Source: Corallococcus interemptor
GTDB taxonomy: Bacteria; Myxococcota; Myxococcia; Myxococcales; Myxococcaceae
Direction: 5' to 3' (one strand)
Assembly (NCBI RefSeq): GCF_042231085.1
Contig: NZ_CP102579.1
DNA: 64,000 nucleotides
In this document: positions 39,681 through 50,200 of the stretch, one piece after another
Position numbering within the stretch: the stretch's first letter is position 1
Layout of the letters: each line of letters begins with the position of its first letter
Made by a program: the position numbers and the translations under genes
Notes under the pieces: model-generated
Told to the model about the DNA's origin: nothing
Seen by the model: the letters and a program-made list of their open reading frames with translations, nothing else
Databases searched by the model: none

Positions 39681-40469
39681 TCATCCGCGAAGGTCATCCG
39701 CCTTGCTCACACGCCCTCGGAAACAGTTCGCCCGGTGCCACGCCAGCGCCGTGCGGTGCAGTGGGTCAATCCGCGTCAACGAGAGTCCGGGATTCAAGCC
39801 CAACCGCTGGGAGTCCTCCGGGGACAGGGCCGAGGAGATGACCATTCGTCCCCCGTCCTCAAAAGTGATGAACCCGCGGTCGAACGCGGCGTCGAGGTGG
39901 ACCGCCAGCAGGATGCCGTTGAACACGTTGAGGCGCTCCTGGTCGCTCTCACACTTCGCCCACGGTCTGATGTGGCTGGCGCGCAGGAGTTCGGGCTCGG
40001 AGAGTCCGGTGACCGCGCAGCGGCCCTCCCAATAGCGCAGAAGTCCCTCCCGGAAGAGGTCCTGCCCCACCCGCTGCACCGTGAGGCGCTCGACTTCGGT
40101 CGTCTGAGGCAGCTCCTTCGTGACGCGCTCGAACAGGTGGAACAGCTCGTCGGGCAACGTGCCCGAGAGTTGGTATGCGCGTCGGACCACGCGGTGAAGC
40201 TGCATGAGGTCCGCGACCCGCCGGGCCGCCGCAGCCCCTGAAGGCAACGCGGCGGAGGTCTCGCCGGTCAACGGAAGCAGTTCGGCCGCGACGGCTGGCT
40301 GTGAAAACGCGACGAGCCACGCATCATCCATGGCGCCCAGCCACAGCCGCAACGGGACCTGGGTACTCGCAAAGGACAGCCACGGGTCCACGGCCGTCTC
40401 CGGGACGTCAAAGCCGTTGTCCTGGGCGACCTTCTCCAGCAGCGACCTTTGGACCAGGGTGAGCGTCAT
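39681..40469 (-). CDS. HNH endonuclease (PF13391-like)
   Basis: RCAVTGLSEPELLRASHIRPWAKCESDQERLNVFNGILLAVHLDAAFDRGFITF. Start overlaps MTase stop by 4 bp. Confidence 0.75.
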   Translation of the reverse strand: MTLTLVQRSLLEKVAQDNGFDVPETAVDPWLSFASTQVPLRLWLGAMDDAWLVAFSQPAVAAELLPLTGETSAALPSGAAAARRVADLMQLHRVVRRAYQLSGTLPDELFHLFERVTKELPQTTEVERLTVQRVGQDLFREGLLRYWEGRCAVTGLSEPELLRASHIRPWAKCESDQERLNVFNGILLAVHLDAAFDRGFITFEDGGRMVISSALSPEDSQRLGLNPGLSLTRIDPLHRTALAWHRANCFRGRVSKADDLRG

Positions 40470-43400
40470 CGGGAACGCGAGGGATGGCGCTGCGAAGCAT
40501 GCGCTGGCGGCGGGACGAGCGGGGATTCGTATGCGCCGGTCCGGCTGGCGGCGGCCAGCGCATCATAGCGCTCGAGGATGAGGCGCTTCGTGCGGTACTC
40601 GCCATGCTTCTTCTCGTCGTTCCGTTTCACGATCGGGAAGGTTTCGAGGACGTAGTCCGTGTCGTCGCGCGAGAGGCCATAGAGGTGGAAGAAGGCGGCG
40701 TCGAGTTCGGCACGCAGGAGCGCACGGCGCTCGGGATCCCAGCGGAACGGCGGCCCCTCGAAGCCCGCGTCAGTCCCGAAGCCTTGAAGGTCCCAGGCCG
40801 TGTAGGTCAGCTCAACAACTCGGGGAAGGATCCACTCCGAGACGCTCTCGCTCATCGACCAACTACACTTCACCCCAAAGACTGCCGGCGGAAACACCGG
40901 AAGTTGCCTCATTGTGAAGTACTTGAGGCTCGTGCCACCCACTTTTTGTCGACAAGCATAGTCGAGGGCGAATGACGCCACGTTTGCGTAGAGAGAGACA
41001 GCCTCTGTTGGCCTGACCCTCGGCAGCATGAGCAAGAACTTGTCGCCCACGGCCGCACGCGGAATCAAACACGGAATTGCAGTGCGCCGATCTGTGCTAC
41101 GGCAGATGTCTCGCCAGCCGATAAACCAGTCCTGGGCCCAAACGCCCTTCATGCGTTCATAGACCTCCGTGGCGGCAACCCAGTAGTACGGGTGCGTGAG
41201 TCGATCTGGTTCGGCGTGCGCCGCGTCATCGAACTCGGGCAGTTTCCCCTGATTCTCCTGTGCCTGAGTCTGCCCCTCATACGTGCCGAACCGATGGTCG
41301 AACTGGTGGACCATCTTGGCCTCCATGAGAGGGAGCCAGATTTCCATCTCCTTCTTGAAGTGGTTGCCGTGCAGCCTGTAGCCAGCAGCCTCAAGACGCT
41401 CGCGAGACCAGAACAGGTCTGAGTCGTTCGCCATATGAATCATGGCCATGAAGCGTAATCCCCAGGGATTGCCGCCCGCCGTGTCATTCTCACGCCACAG
41501 CACGCCTGCGCGCCGATACATGCGCAGATTCAGCTCCGCGTCCCGCTGCGAGCGGAACGTCGGACAGGTCTTCGTGTTCGGATTGAGGAGTTCAAAGTCA
41601 GCGGAGGAAAGCGTGAAGTGCCTTGATGTATCGGCCAATGCCAACACCTGCCGCGCGAAGAACACGAGATCGGCGTTTTCAGTACCACCGCCACGGTCGA
41701 TGGTCAGCAGCGCGAACTTGAATGCGTGGTGGACGCCGGGAAAGACGAACTCCTCGTTCTCGAAGCCGAAGAACGACGCAAGTTCACGTCCGGAGATCAA
41801 CGTACCGAAGTACTCCTTGGTCGTATCGTCAGTGGCAAGCCCCGTGGGCACGATAAAGCCAGCACGCCCATTTCGGGCAGTTACGGTTCGGTTGTGCTCC
41901 GCGAACAGTGCATAGGTATTCACGTCACCCTTGCCGCAAAGAGGGAACCGGCCCGCCTGCCGCACGAAGTGGCTCTGTCCCTCTGCCTCGCGGCTGGCCT
42001 GGCTCCACTCCTCCCACAAGCGGGGGTCTTCCTCCGGCAGCTTCGCGATGAGCTTCTTCCTCACCGCCGCGTTCTCTGCGGACGCAATGGCCGCACTGCG
42101 CGACGCGAAGAACTCCTGCTCCTGCAACTTCACCCGCTCCCAGGGCGGGTTGCCCAACACGACGTCGAAACCGCCACGAGCGAAGACCTGCGGGAACGCG
42201 AGCTGCCAGTGGAAGAAGCCATACCGCCGAGTGAGCCCTCGCACCGTCTCGACCATCAGAGGGGACGGTTCGACCTCCCCGTCCCGCAGCAGCCGCCATC
42301 CATCCTCCGTCGGGGCAACCTCCACCACCTTCGCCGTCGGCGCGGGCTTCGGCCACACGAAGGTCGAGCACCAGGTGTCCGCGACGAGCTTCAGGTGGGC
42401 GAACGCCTTCGACTCCCGCAGGGCCTCCCAGTCCGCCTCCTTCTTCGCCAGGGCCGTGACGTCCAGGTCCTGCGCCGAATCGAGGGCCACCACGGCCTTC
42501 TCCAGCACCAGTGACTCCTCCCGGGCCACCCCAAGCGGCAACGAGGCCTGCTTCTTCGCCACCTTGTTGCGCTTCTTCAGCGCGCTGGCCGTCTTCCGGT
42601 CATCTTCGCCAATAGGCGCCCAGGCCTCGTCGGGGATGCCGCCGTCCATGAGCCCCGGCAGGGTGCCCAGCAGCGCGTTGCCGCACTGGACGTGGGAGTC
42701 CAGGAACGAGAGGGGAAGGCCGGGCTCGACGGCCTCCATCCACAAGCCCACCTTGCAGAGTTCCACCGCGAGAGGGTTCAGGTCGACGCCGAAGATGCAG
42801 CGGCTCACGACCTGGCGCAGGGCATGCTGGTACTGCTTCGGTGATGCGGTGCCCTTCGCTTCGTGTTGGGCCACCCGTGCAGCCAGCCGCCGCGCCGCCG
42901 CGAGCAGGAAGTGACCACTCCCGCACGCGGGATCCACCACCGTCAGCCCCAGCAGCGCCTCTGCCTTCGCGTCCGGACGCGCGGCCTCCGCGCGCTCCAT
43001 GACCGGCGTGAGGGCCGAGTCGAGCAGCACCTGCACGAGGCTGTCCGGCGTGTAGTAGCTCCCCGTCGTCTTCCGGGCGTGCCCCTTGCCCTCCGCGCCC
43101 TCGGCGAAGGTGAACTCACGGCCCCCGTTCACGACGCGCGGGGTGAGTTCGAGCAGGCTCTCGTAGACGCTCCCCAGTTCCTCCGGGCCCATGTCGCGCC
43201 AGTTCACGCGGGCCAGCCCGCCGGCCTCCTGCAGCCAGGACAAACGATAGAGCGCATGAAGGAAGAAGCGGTTCTCGATGCGGCCCGCGTCCAGGTCCCG
43301 GCACCGCGCGGGCGCGAAGATGCCCGCGAGCGCCGGCAGCCCGAGTGCCGGCTGTCCCGTGGCCAGCCCCCGGAAGGAGACCTTCACTGCCTCCCAGGCG

Positions 43401-44467
43401 TCGTGGTGGCGATCATGCGCGCTGCGGCGCACCACCCGCTCCCGCATTCCCTGGAGCGAGTAGCCGCCGGCATAGAGCGCCTTCGCCTCATCCGGGGTGC
43501 CCTCCGGATGCAAGAGCCCACGCTCCTCCACGGTCAACAGGAAGATCAGCCGGTAGACGAGCCGCAGGAGCTGCTGGAAGTAGTCGTGCTCCGTCACCGT
43601 CCCCTGGTCGAGCGCCTGACGCAGCGCCTGGTTGTCACGGTGGGCGAGGAACCCCTGCCCCAGCGACCGCAGCGCCGCCTCGACGCCATCGCGGAGCTGC
43701 TCCCGGGCCCGCGTCCCTTCCTCCCGTCCAAGGGCGCGCCATTGCTCGAGCGGGCATTCCGAAGATGCCTGTCCTGACCGGCCAAAGCGCGTCTGGTGCA
43801 TGAGCAGCCAGAGCGCGGCGAAGTCCGCGAACCGGCCGCCCGTGAAGATGGCCTGCAGGTCCACCTCCAGCCATGCGGGCCGGGTGAGGCTGACATTGTC
43901 GCGGAGCACGCGCAGCGTCAGCCCGTCCGTGACGAGCCCCCACATCGCGCCGTCGTTGGCGTTGAGGAACTCCTGACACAGGCCGAAGGGCGTCCGCCGC
44001 CGGGACTCCTCGCCAAAACTGGCCGAGAGCTTGTCGAGCGCGCTCTCCTTCGCGCCGGGTGGCAGCGGCCCGGCGATGACCACAGGCACTCTTCCATCGA
44101 GCGCCGCCCACCCGAGGGGGTACGAGCGCTCGCCGGAGGTGACGGTGCCCACCTGCTTCAATGACCCGAACCCGAACACCTTGGACAGCAGCCCGGTGAC
44201 GAAGTCCTCGGCGGCGGCCCGCGAGTCACCGCCCGCGGCCCGCGCGGCCACGAAGTCCCGCCACTTCGGCTCCGCGATGCGCCAATACCGGCCAATCTCG
44301 TCGCGGATCTGCAACCCCTTTTCGATGTCGTAGTCCGCGGGCGCCTGCCGGGGCGCCTCGAGCTGCGCCACCTTCGCGAGCCACTCGGGAGACAGGAGGC
44401 CGCCCTCGATGGCGAGCGCATCGAAGGCGAGCCGCGACTCGCGGCGGAGACGTCTCGACGCCATCAC
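40466..44467 (-). CDS. N6-adenine DNA methyltransferase, PglX/DrmMI-like (1333 aa)
   Basis: Catalytic motif IV NPPW (VVLGNPPWERV); SAM motif (VVDPACGSGHFLL); size and N-terminal region typical of BREX PglX / DISARM DrmMI. Confidence 0.8.
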   Translation of the reverse strand: MMASRRLRRESRLAFDALAIEGGLLSPEWLAKVAQLEAPRQAPADYDIEKGLQIRDEIGRYWRIAEPKWRDFVAARAAGGDSRAAAEDFVTGLLSKVFGFGSLKQVGTVTSGERSYPLGWAALDGRVPVVIAGPLPPGAKESALDKLSASFGEESRRRTPFGLCQEFLNANDGAMWGLVTDGLTLRVLRDNVSLTRPAWLEVDLQAIFTGGRFADFAALWLLMHQTRFGRSGQASSECPLEQWRALGREEGTRAREQLRDGVEAALRSLGQGFLAHRDNQALRQALDQGTVTEHDYFQQLLRLVYRLIFLLTVEERGLLHPEGTPDEAKALYAGGYSLQGMRERVVRRSAHDRHHDAWEAVKVSFRGLATGQPALGLPALAGIFAPARCRDLDAGRIENRFFLHALYRLSWLQEAGGLARVNWRDMGPEELGSVYESLLELTPRVVNGGREFTFAEGAEGKGHARKTTGSYYTPDSLVQVLLDSALTPVMERAEAARPDAKAEALLGLTVVDPACGSGHFLLAAARRLAARVAQHEAKGTASPKQYQHALRQVVSRCIFGVDLNPLAVELCKVGLWMEAVEPGLPLSFLDSHVQCGNALLGTLPGLMDGGIPDEAWAPIGEDDRKTASALKKRNKVAKKQASLPLGVAREESLVLEKAVVALDSAQDLDVTALAKKEADWEALRESKAFAHLKLVADTWCSTFVWPKPAPTAKVVEVAPTEDGWRLLRDGEVEPSPLMVETVRGLTRRYGFFHWQLAFPQVFARGGFDVVLGNPPWERVKLQEQEFFASRSAAIASAENAAVRKKLIAKLPEEDPRLWEEWSQASREAEGQSHFVRQAGRFPLCGKGDVNTYALFAEHNRTVTARNGRAGFIVPTGLATDDTTKEYFGTLISGRELASFFGFENEEFVFPGVHHAFKFALLTIDRGGGTENADLVFFARQVLALADTSRHFTLSSADFELLNPNTKTCPTFRSQRDAELNLRMYRRAGVLWRENDTAGGNPWGLRFMAMIHMANDSDLFWSRERLEAAGYRLHGNHFKKEMEIWLPLMEAKMVHQFDHRFGTYEGQTQAQENQGKLPEFDDAAHAEPDRLTHPYYWVAATEVYERMKGVWAQDWFIGWRDICRSTDRRTAIPCLIPRAAVGDKFLLMLPRVRPTEAVSLYANVASFALDYACRQKVGGTSLKYFTMRQLPVFPPAVFGVKCSWSMSESVSEWILPRVVELTYTAWDLQGFGTDAGFEGPPFRWDPERRALLRAELDAAFFHLYGLSRDDTDYVLETFPIVKRNDEKKHGEYRTKRLILERYDALAAASRTGAYESPLVPPPAHASQRHPSRSR

Positions 44468-47247
44468 TTCACCTCCGGGAGCAGCACGAAGACACCGATG
44501 ACATCCACCGGGAGCAGCGCCTTGACCGAGTAGCTTCCCCGGTCGCCTGCCGCCTCCCGGACGCGCCGGTGGTCCGCGAGCAGGGCCTGGGCCCGGCCCT
44601 CCGCCACGGCGGCGAGCTGCTCTCGCGACGACTCCACCAACGCGAGCGCCCGGGTGAGCTCGCGGTCACGCACGTGCGCAGGGGGATCCCCTGCGGGAGG
44701 GAGCGCAAGGAGCGCCAACGCCTCCGCCCCTTCACGAGGCGGGCCGCTCGCGCCCCATGAGACGGCCGTCGACTCCTCGACCAGCAGCGTGTGGGTCCGC
44801 GAGCCCTTCACCGTGGTGAGCTGGTGACGCGGATGCAGGAGCACCACCGTCGTGCGCTCCGTGACGCCGGAGGACTCCCAGCACCCGAGGCGGCCCAGGA
44901 CGGAAGGGTCGGTCGAGGTGCCGTCTCCGGCGGAGGTCAGGGTCCGCTCGAGCAAGGTCTCGGCCAGCACCGCCACGAGGGGATGGGCCCGCTGAACAAG
45001 TCGGCGGTGCTCGCCACCGGGAGGCTCGAAATCCACCAGCAGCGAGCCTGCCAGCCCTTCATTCTCCAGCCGCTCGCGAACCTCGGCCGGAAGCGCGGCG
45101 AGCTGTAGACGCACGCCGCGCTTGAGGCGCTCCGGCGCGGCGCCAAGCCGGGCCATGGCCCGTGAGACGAAGCGCTCGACGTCCTCCCGCCCGCCGATGG
45201 CCTGACGCACGCGCTCGTACTCGGGCAGGACGTCGCCGGGCCGCAGGCGCTTCTGCGCGAAGACGGTGCGGTTCTTCTGGGCCCGTTCGGCCGCGCTCTG
45301 CCACGTGGCCTCGATGGTGGCCGCCGCGTCTCCCCCGAAGTCGAGCATCGCCTGTCTGCCAGGCTTCCGATGCTTCAGCAGCACCGCGCGCATCAGCGTC
45401 TGCGTCAACGAGTGGCCCTCGTCGGGGAGCGGCACCGGCACCCCGAGTTCCCGGCGGATCCGCTCTGCCTTTCGCAGGATGACCTCGAGCACCGCGCCAT
45501 CGACGGGGTTGTTCTGACCGTAGAGGAGCGTCGCCCGGACGACTGGCCGGCTCTGGAGGTAGCGGTCCACGCGGCCTTCCCGCTGCTCATGCCGCATCGG
45601 ATTCCACGAGAGGTCGTAGTGGATGACCGCGTTGAAGGACTCCTGCAGGTTGACGCCCTCGGAGAGGCAATCGGTCGCGATGAGGAGGACCTTGCCTTCC
45701 TCAGCCCGCAGCGCCGCCACGGCCTCCCTGCGCTCGTCCTGCGTCAGCTCGCCCGTCACCACCTTGATCATCACGTCCGGGAACTGCTTCGCGAGGTGGG
45801 CGCCCAGGTAATGCGCCGTGGCGATGTAGCGGCAGAAGACGACGGGCGCGAAGTCCTCCCCGAGCAGCTCCTTCACATGCCCCACGAGGGTCTTGAGCTT
45901 CGGATCTCCCGACTGCCCGCTGAGCTCCTCGGCCTGGGCGATGAGCTTCTGGAGGTCCGCGTCTCCAGTCGCCGCCGGGGGCTCAAGATCATCCTCCGGG
46001 AGGGCGTCGTCGCCTCCGTCGAAGAGCCGCTCCTCCAGCTCCGCTTCAGCCTCTTCTCCTGGCGTCGCGTGGGTCCGCAGGGCCTGCACCGCGGCCCGTG
46101 GGCTCGACGCCACGCAGCGCATGAGGGCCAGCGTGCCCCAGAAATTCAGGCGCTGGCGCCGGGCATCCCCGCTGGCCGACTCGATGACGGTGGCGCAGTA
46201 GTCGAGCACCGCGTCGAAGAAGCGCTCCCAGGCGCCAGAGAGGGTGTACGTCAGCTCCCGGGTCTGCCGGTCCGGGAAGAGTTCTCCCTCTCGCCACTCG
46301 TCGAGATCCGGGCGTCGCCGCTGCACGAAGTGCCGGGCCAGGCGCTCGCGCAATGCGTTGCGCTCGTCCCCCTGCACCACTTCCAGCCGTTGGAACGCAG
46401 GGTCGAGCAAGCCGAGCAGCCGGTAGAAGCCCGCCTCGTCACCGCTGTGGGGCGTGGCCGTCAACAGCACGAGGTGACGGTCCGCGCGCTGCGAGAGGGC
46501 GCGCAGAAGCTCATAGCGCTGATGCCGTCCCTGACCCGTCGCCGCGCAGGTGTGCGCCTCGTCCACGATGACGAAGCCGGGGCAACTGCGGAGGAACTCG
46601 TCCCGGCGGTTCTGGCTCTTGATGTAGTCGAGGCTGACGACGGTGAAGGGATGTACCTCGAAGAGGCTCGTCGTCTGGGGGATTGCCTTTTCCAGGCGCG
46701 ACGCATTGGCCGCCGTGACGGCGACCGCACGCAGGTGGAAGCCCACGTCCAGCTCATGCACCCACTGCTCCACGAGGTGTGGCGGACACAGCACGCTGAA
46801 CCGGTCCACGTCGCCGCGGTCCAGCAGTTCGCGGACGATGAGCGCCGCCTCGATGGTCTTGCCAACACCAACGTCGTCAGCCACCAGCAGGCGCACCGTC
46901 TCCTGCCGCAAGGCCATCATCAGCGGCACGAGCTGGTAGGCGCGGGGCTGGATGGAGATCTGCCCGAAGCCGCGGAAGGGACCCGCGCCCCGTCGCATCG
47001 AGAGCGTGAGCGCGTCACGCAGCAACTGCGCCCCATCCTGGCTCGCGCGCTGGGCCAGCGTCGGCGGGGGGAAGGCGGCGTCCGACACCGGCTCCGCCTC
47101 CAGCGGGAGGTGAATGAGGATGGCGTCGTCCTCGCTGCCAGCCACCGGCCGGACCCGGAGGGTCTCCGCACTGCCGCCGTTGAGGACGATCCACTCCCGG
47201 CCACGAGCCCGTACGAGGCTCCCCGGGCTCCAGGTGATGGTGTTCAT
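44464..47247 (-). CDS. SNF2-family helicase (DrmD-like)
   Basis: Walker A VGVGKT; DEAH box IVDEAH; LLTATP; helicase C motifs ([24 protein letters not shown]). Overlaps MTase start by 4 bp. Confidence 0.8.
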   Translation of the reverse strand: MNTITWSPGSLVRARGREWIVLNGGSAETLRVRPVAGSEDDAILIHLPLEAEPVSDAAFPPPTLAQRASQDGAQLLRDALTLSMRRGAGPFRGFGQISIQPRAYQLVPLMMALRQETVRLLVADDVGVGKTIEAALIVRELLDRGDVDRFSVLCPPHLVEQWVHELDVGFHLRAVAVTAANASRLEKAIPQTTSLFEVHPFTVVSLDYIKSQNRRDEFLRSCPGFVIVDEAHTCAATGQGRHQRYELLRALSQRADRHLVLLTATPHSGDEAGFYRLLGLLDPAFQRLEVVQGDERNALRERLARHFVQRRRPDLDEWREGELFPDRQTRELTYTLSGAWERFFDAVLDYCATVIESASGDARRQRLNFWGTLALMRCVASSPRAAVQALRTHATPGEEAEAELEERLFDGGDDALPEDDLEPPAATGDADLQKLIAQAEELSGQSGDPKLKTLVGHVKELLGEDFAPVVFCRYIATAHYLGAHLAKQFPDVMIKVVTGELTQDERREAVAALRAEEGKVLLIATDCLSEGVNLQESFNAVIHYDLSWNPMRHEQREGRVDRYLQSRPVVRATLLYGQNNPVDGAVLEVILRKAERIRRELGVPVPLPDEGHSLTQTLMRAVLLKHRKPGRQAMLDFGGDAAATIEATWQSAAERAQKNRTVFAQKRLRPGDVLPEYERVRQAIGGREDVERFVSRAMARLGAAPERLKRGVRLQLAALPAEVRERLENEGLAGSLLVDFEPPGGEHRRLVQRAHPLVAVLAETLLERTLTSAGDGTSTDPSVLGRLGCWESSGVTERTTVVLLHPRHQLTTVKGSRTHTLLVEESTAVSWGASGPPREGAEALALLALPPAGDPPAHVRDRELTRALALVESSREQLAAVAEGRAQALLADHRRVREAAGDRGSYSVKALLPVDVIGVFVLLPEVK

Positions 47248-47268
47248 GGTGTGGTGGTACCCCGCCGG

Positions 47269-50200
47269 TCAGCCCTTGCCCAGCGCCTTCGACAGCTCGA
47301 CGAAGCGCCCCGCCCACTCTTGCTCCTCATCGCCGAAGACCAGGGACGTCAATGACAGGGCATCAAAGCGCTCCAACAAGGAGGGTGCTGGTGCTCCAAG
47401 ACACACGACGACCCGATCCTGTTTCCATACGAAATCGGCGCCCTCCCAGTCCGTGGCCTCGGGCCGCGGCAGCCCCTTCCTGTCGAGGCGATGCAGGAAC
47501 CGCACGCGGGGGCCCCCGCCGAGGAGTTCGGCGGGCGTGACCGGAATCGGCTCGCGAAGCTCGGTCACGCCACGGGCCAGACGCAGGAGCAGCTCTCGGA
47601 CGGGAACGTCACGGCGGTCGATCTGCTCATGGTCCGGCTGGTTGTAATAGGACATGAGACAGCGATAGCAGGCCGCGACGCAGTGCGTGCCCGCCTTGTC
47701 CTTCAGCTCCGCCGCCGCCGCCGGAACCCCCTGCTCAAGGTCGAAGTGCATGACCTCCAGCGCTCGCCGGGCCACCACTGCGAGCGCCTCGGGCTGGGCG
47801 AGCACCTGCGTCAGCACGCCTGCCCCGCCCTCGGTCGCCTCGTAGAAGAAGATGCCGCGCCGGTCGTCACGGTTTGGCATGGGCTCGCCGAGCACCTCCG
47901 CCTCCTCAAGTTGGAAGTGCGCCTGCAAGCCACGGAGGAGCGCGTACTGGAGCGTCGCCATCGACCGCTCGTCCAGCGCGGCGGCGGGCCGCACGAGCAG
48001 CGCGTTCTTCCGGTCCTGCACCATTGGCACGATGCGCTGGCGGGGGTTGCCGACGTCGTTTCCATCCTTCTCTTCGTCCCCCCCCTTCTCCCAATCACCG
48101 CTCACGGGATCGATGGTGAAGCCGTGCTCGCTGCGCCGAGCACGCCGGCGCAGCCCGAGGTTCAACCGGGTGATGGTGGCGCTGGGGCCGTACGTCAGCC
48201 ACAGCAACCCGCCGGACGCATGCCTGGCCACGCCCTCGCGCACGTCCGGGCGCCCCTCACGGTCGGCCCAGGCGAAGGTGGTCTGCAAATCGAACCCTTG
48301 CCGCTGCCGCTCCTCGTCATTGGCGGTGATGCGTTCAGCGCGCTTCGTACCGACATTGTCGATACGGAAGACCTCGCGCACGTGAAGGGCGTCCCCCAAC
48401 GGCTGACGGCACGCATGGCAGACCGATGGGTCCACGGAGAAGTGCCCTGCCCCACAGCCGCGGCAGAGCCTTACCGACAGCGTGGGCAACCTGGCGTCCG
48501 CACCACCCGTCGGATGGGAGAGCGAGAGCAGCGCCCGCACGACACGATAGGCACGCCCCTCGTGGTAGATGAGGCTGCGGGGACCGAACTCCGACAGCGC
48601 CAGGAAGCGCGGTCTCTGGAGATAGGTCTGCCGGCCCCGCCCATCTTCGGTCGCCGGCACGTACGCCATGAGCGGCAATCGCGGGAAGTTGTACCCGGGA
48701 AGGAAACCCTCCGTCGCGAGGTAGCGGTACGTGTAGAAGTCGCTGCGTCCGGAGTCCGTCCCCTGATCCAACAGGTTGAGCTGGTTGACGGCCTCGCCGT
48801 GTCTTCGTTCGGCGGCCCGCCTCTCTGTCGCCCGGCTGGTATGCGCATCAATGACGCGGCGTGACTCCTCTTTCTGGAGGTGTGCCGCCTCGTAGAGGCC
48901 CCTCCAGCGGCGGAAGGCCTCGTCGAAGCGCTTGAACGCGTTCGACGCCGTGCGCCGGGCCAGCGCTTCGATACCGTCGAACCAGGGCGCTGCTTCGGGG
49001 GTGAGTTCGTCCTCCAGCATGGACAAGAAGCGCGTCATGGCCTCCGCGCTTCGCGCCGTCACTTCGGGCGCGGAGAGGGCCTGGGTCAGGTCGGCCTGGA
49101 GCGGCCACTCCGGGCGCTGTTCGAGCCTCACGAGCTTCGCAATGGAGTCATCAAGCGGACGCGCCGTGTTGGCGAGCCAGATGGCGTGCAGGTGGCTTTC
49201 GACAAGGTCCTGGTTCGCCAGCTCCAGCATCGGGGGCCGCACGACGCCATGCACCATGCCCGGCGGGTCCCGGAAGAAGTACTGGTCATGTGGGCTCTGG
49301 GCCGCACAGTAGGTGAGCACCAGGGCCGCCTGCCCGCTGCGCCCGGCGCGACCGCTGCGTTGGGCGTAATTGGCAGGCGTCGGCGGCACGTTGCGCAGAT
49401 AGACGGTGTTCAACTGCGAGATGTCGACCCCCAGCTCCATCGTCGGGCTGCAGAAGAGGACGGGAAGGAATTCCTTCGGTTCGTCGAGCTGGGCAAGCGT
49501 CACGGCGTCGGCGGCAAGCTCCTGCCGCTCCTTGTCACCGTAACGAAAGCGTTTCTCCCGGATGATCCGCCGGGCGTCCTCGACCTGGGCGGTGTGTTCG
49601 CGCGCTTCGAACCCGAACAGCGGGTGCGAGGGGGATGCGAGCAGCTTCGCCAGGGACCGGTAGAGGTCGCGGAAAAAGCGGTTGATCCGATCAGGCCGTT
49701 CCGGGTCCTCCCCGCTGCCCAGCTTGAAACGCACGTGGGCGTCCTTCAGCCGCCAACCCATGTGCCCATCGAAGGGCGTAGGCTCTTCAATGACCAGGCC
49801 ACGGGCGGCGACGAGCAGTACCTGGATGATCTGCTCCAGGTCGGCGGCGCTCTGCGTGCGGGCACGCGCATCTCCCCCCCAATGCCGGCTCGACCGGAGC
49901 GCCTTTCCCAACGCGCTGCGGCTGCCACCACGTACGACGAGGTCCTCGTCGCGCATGGTCAGCCCTTTGCGGGATGGTGCGGACACCATCAGCCAGCGGG
50001 AGGGCCGCGTCTTCTCGTCGCTCCCGAAGGCCCAGGGAGTCCGGAGCTGGGAGAATGCATTGGCCCGAAGCTGCTCCACCGAGGTGGCGTTCAGCACCGA
50101 CGATTCGACGGCCATCCACTGACGCATGTGATCAAACAGCACACGGTAGACGCCTCGGCGCACGTCGGGCGTGGCCTCGCGGAGCAAGGCCGGCGCATGG

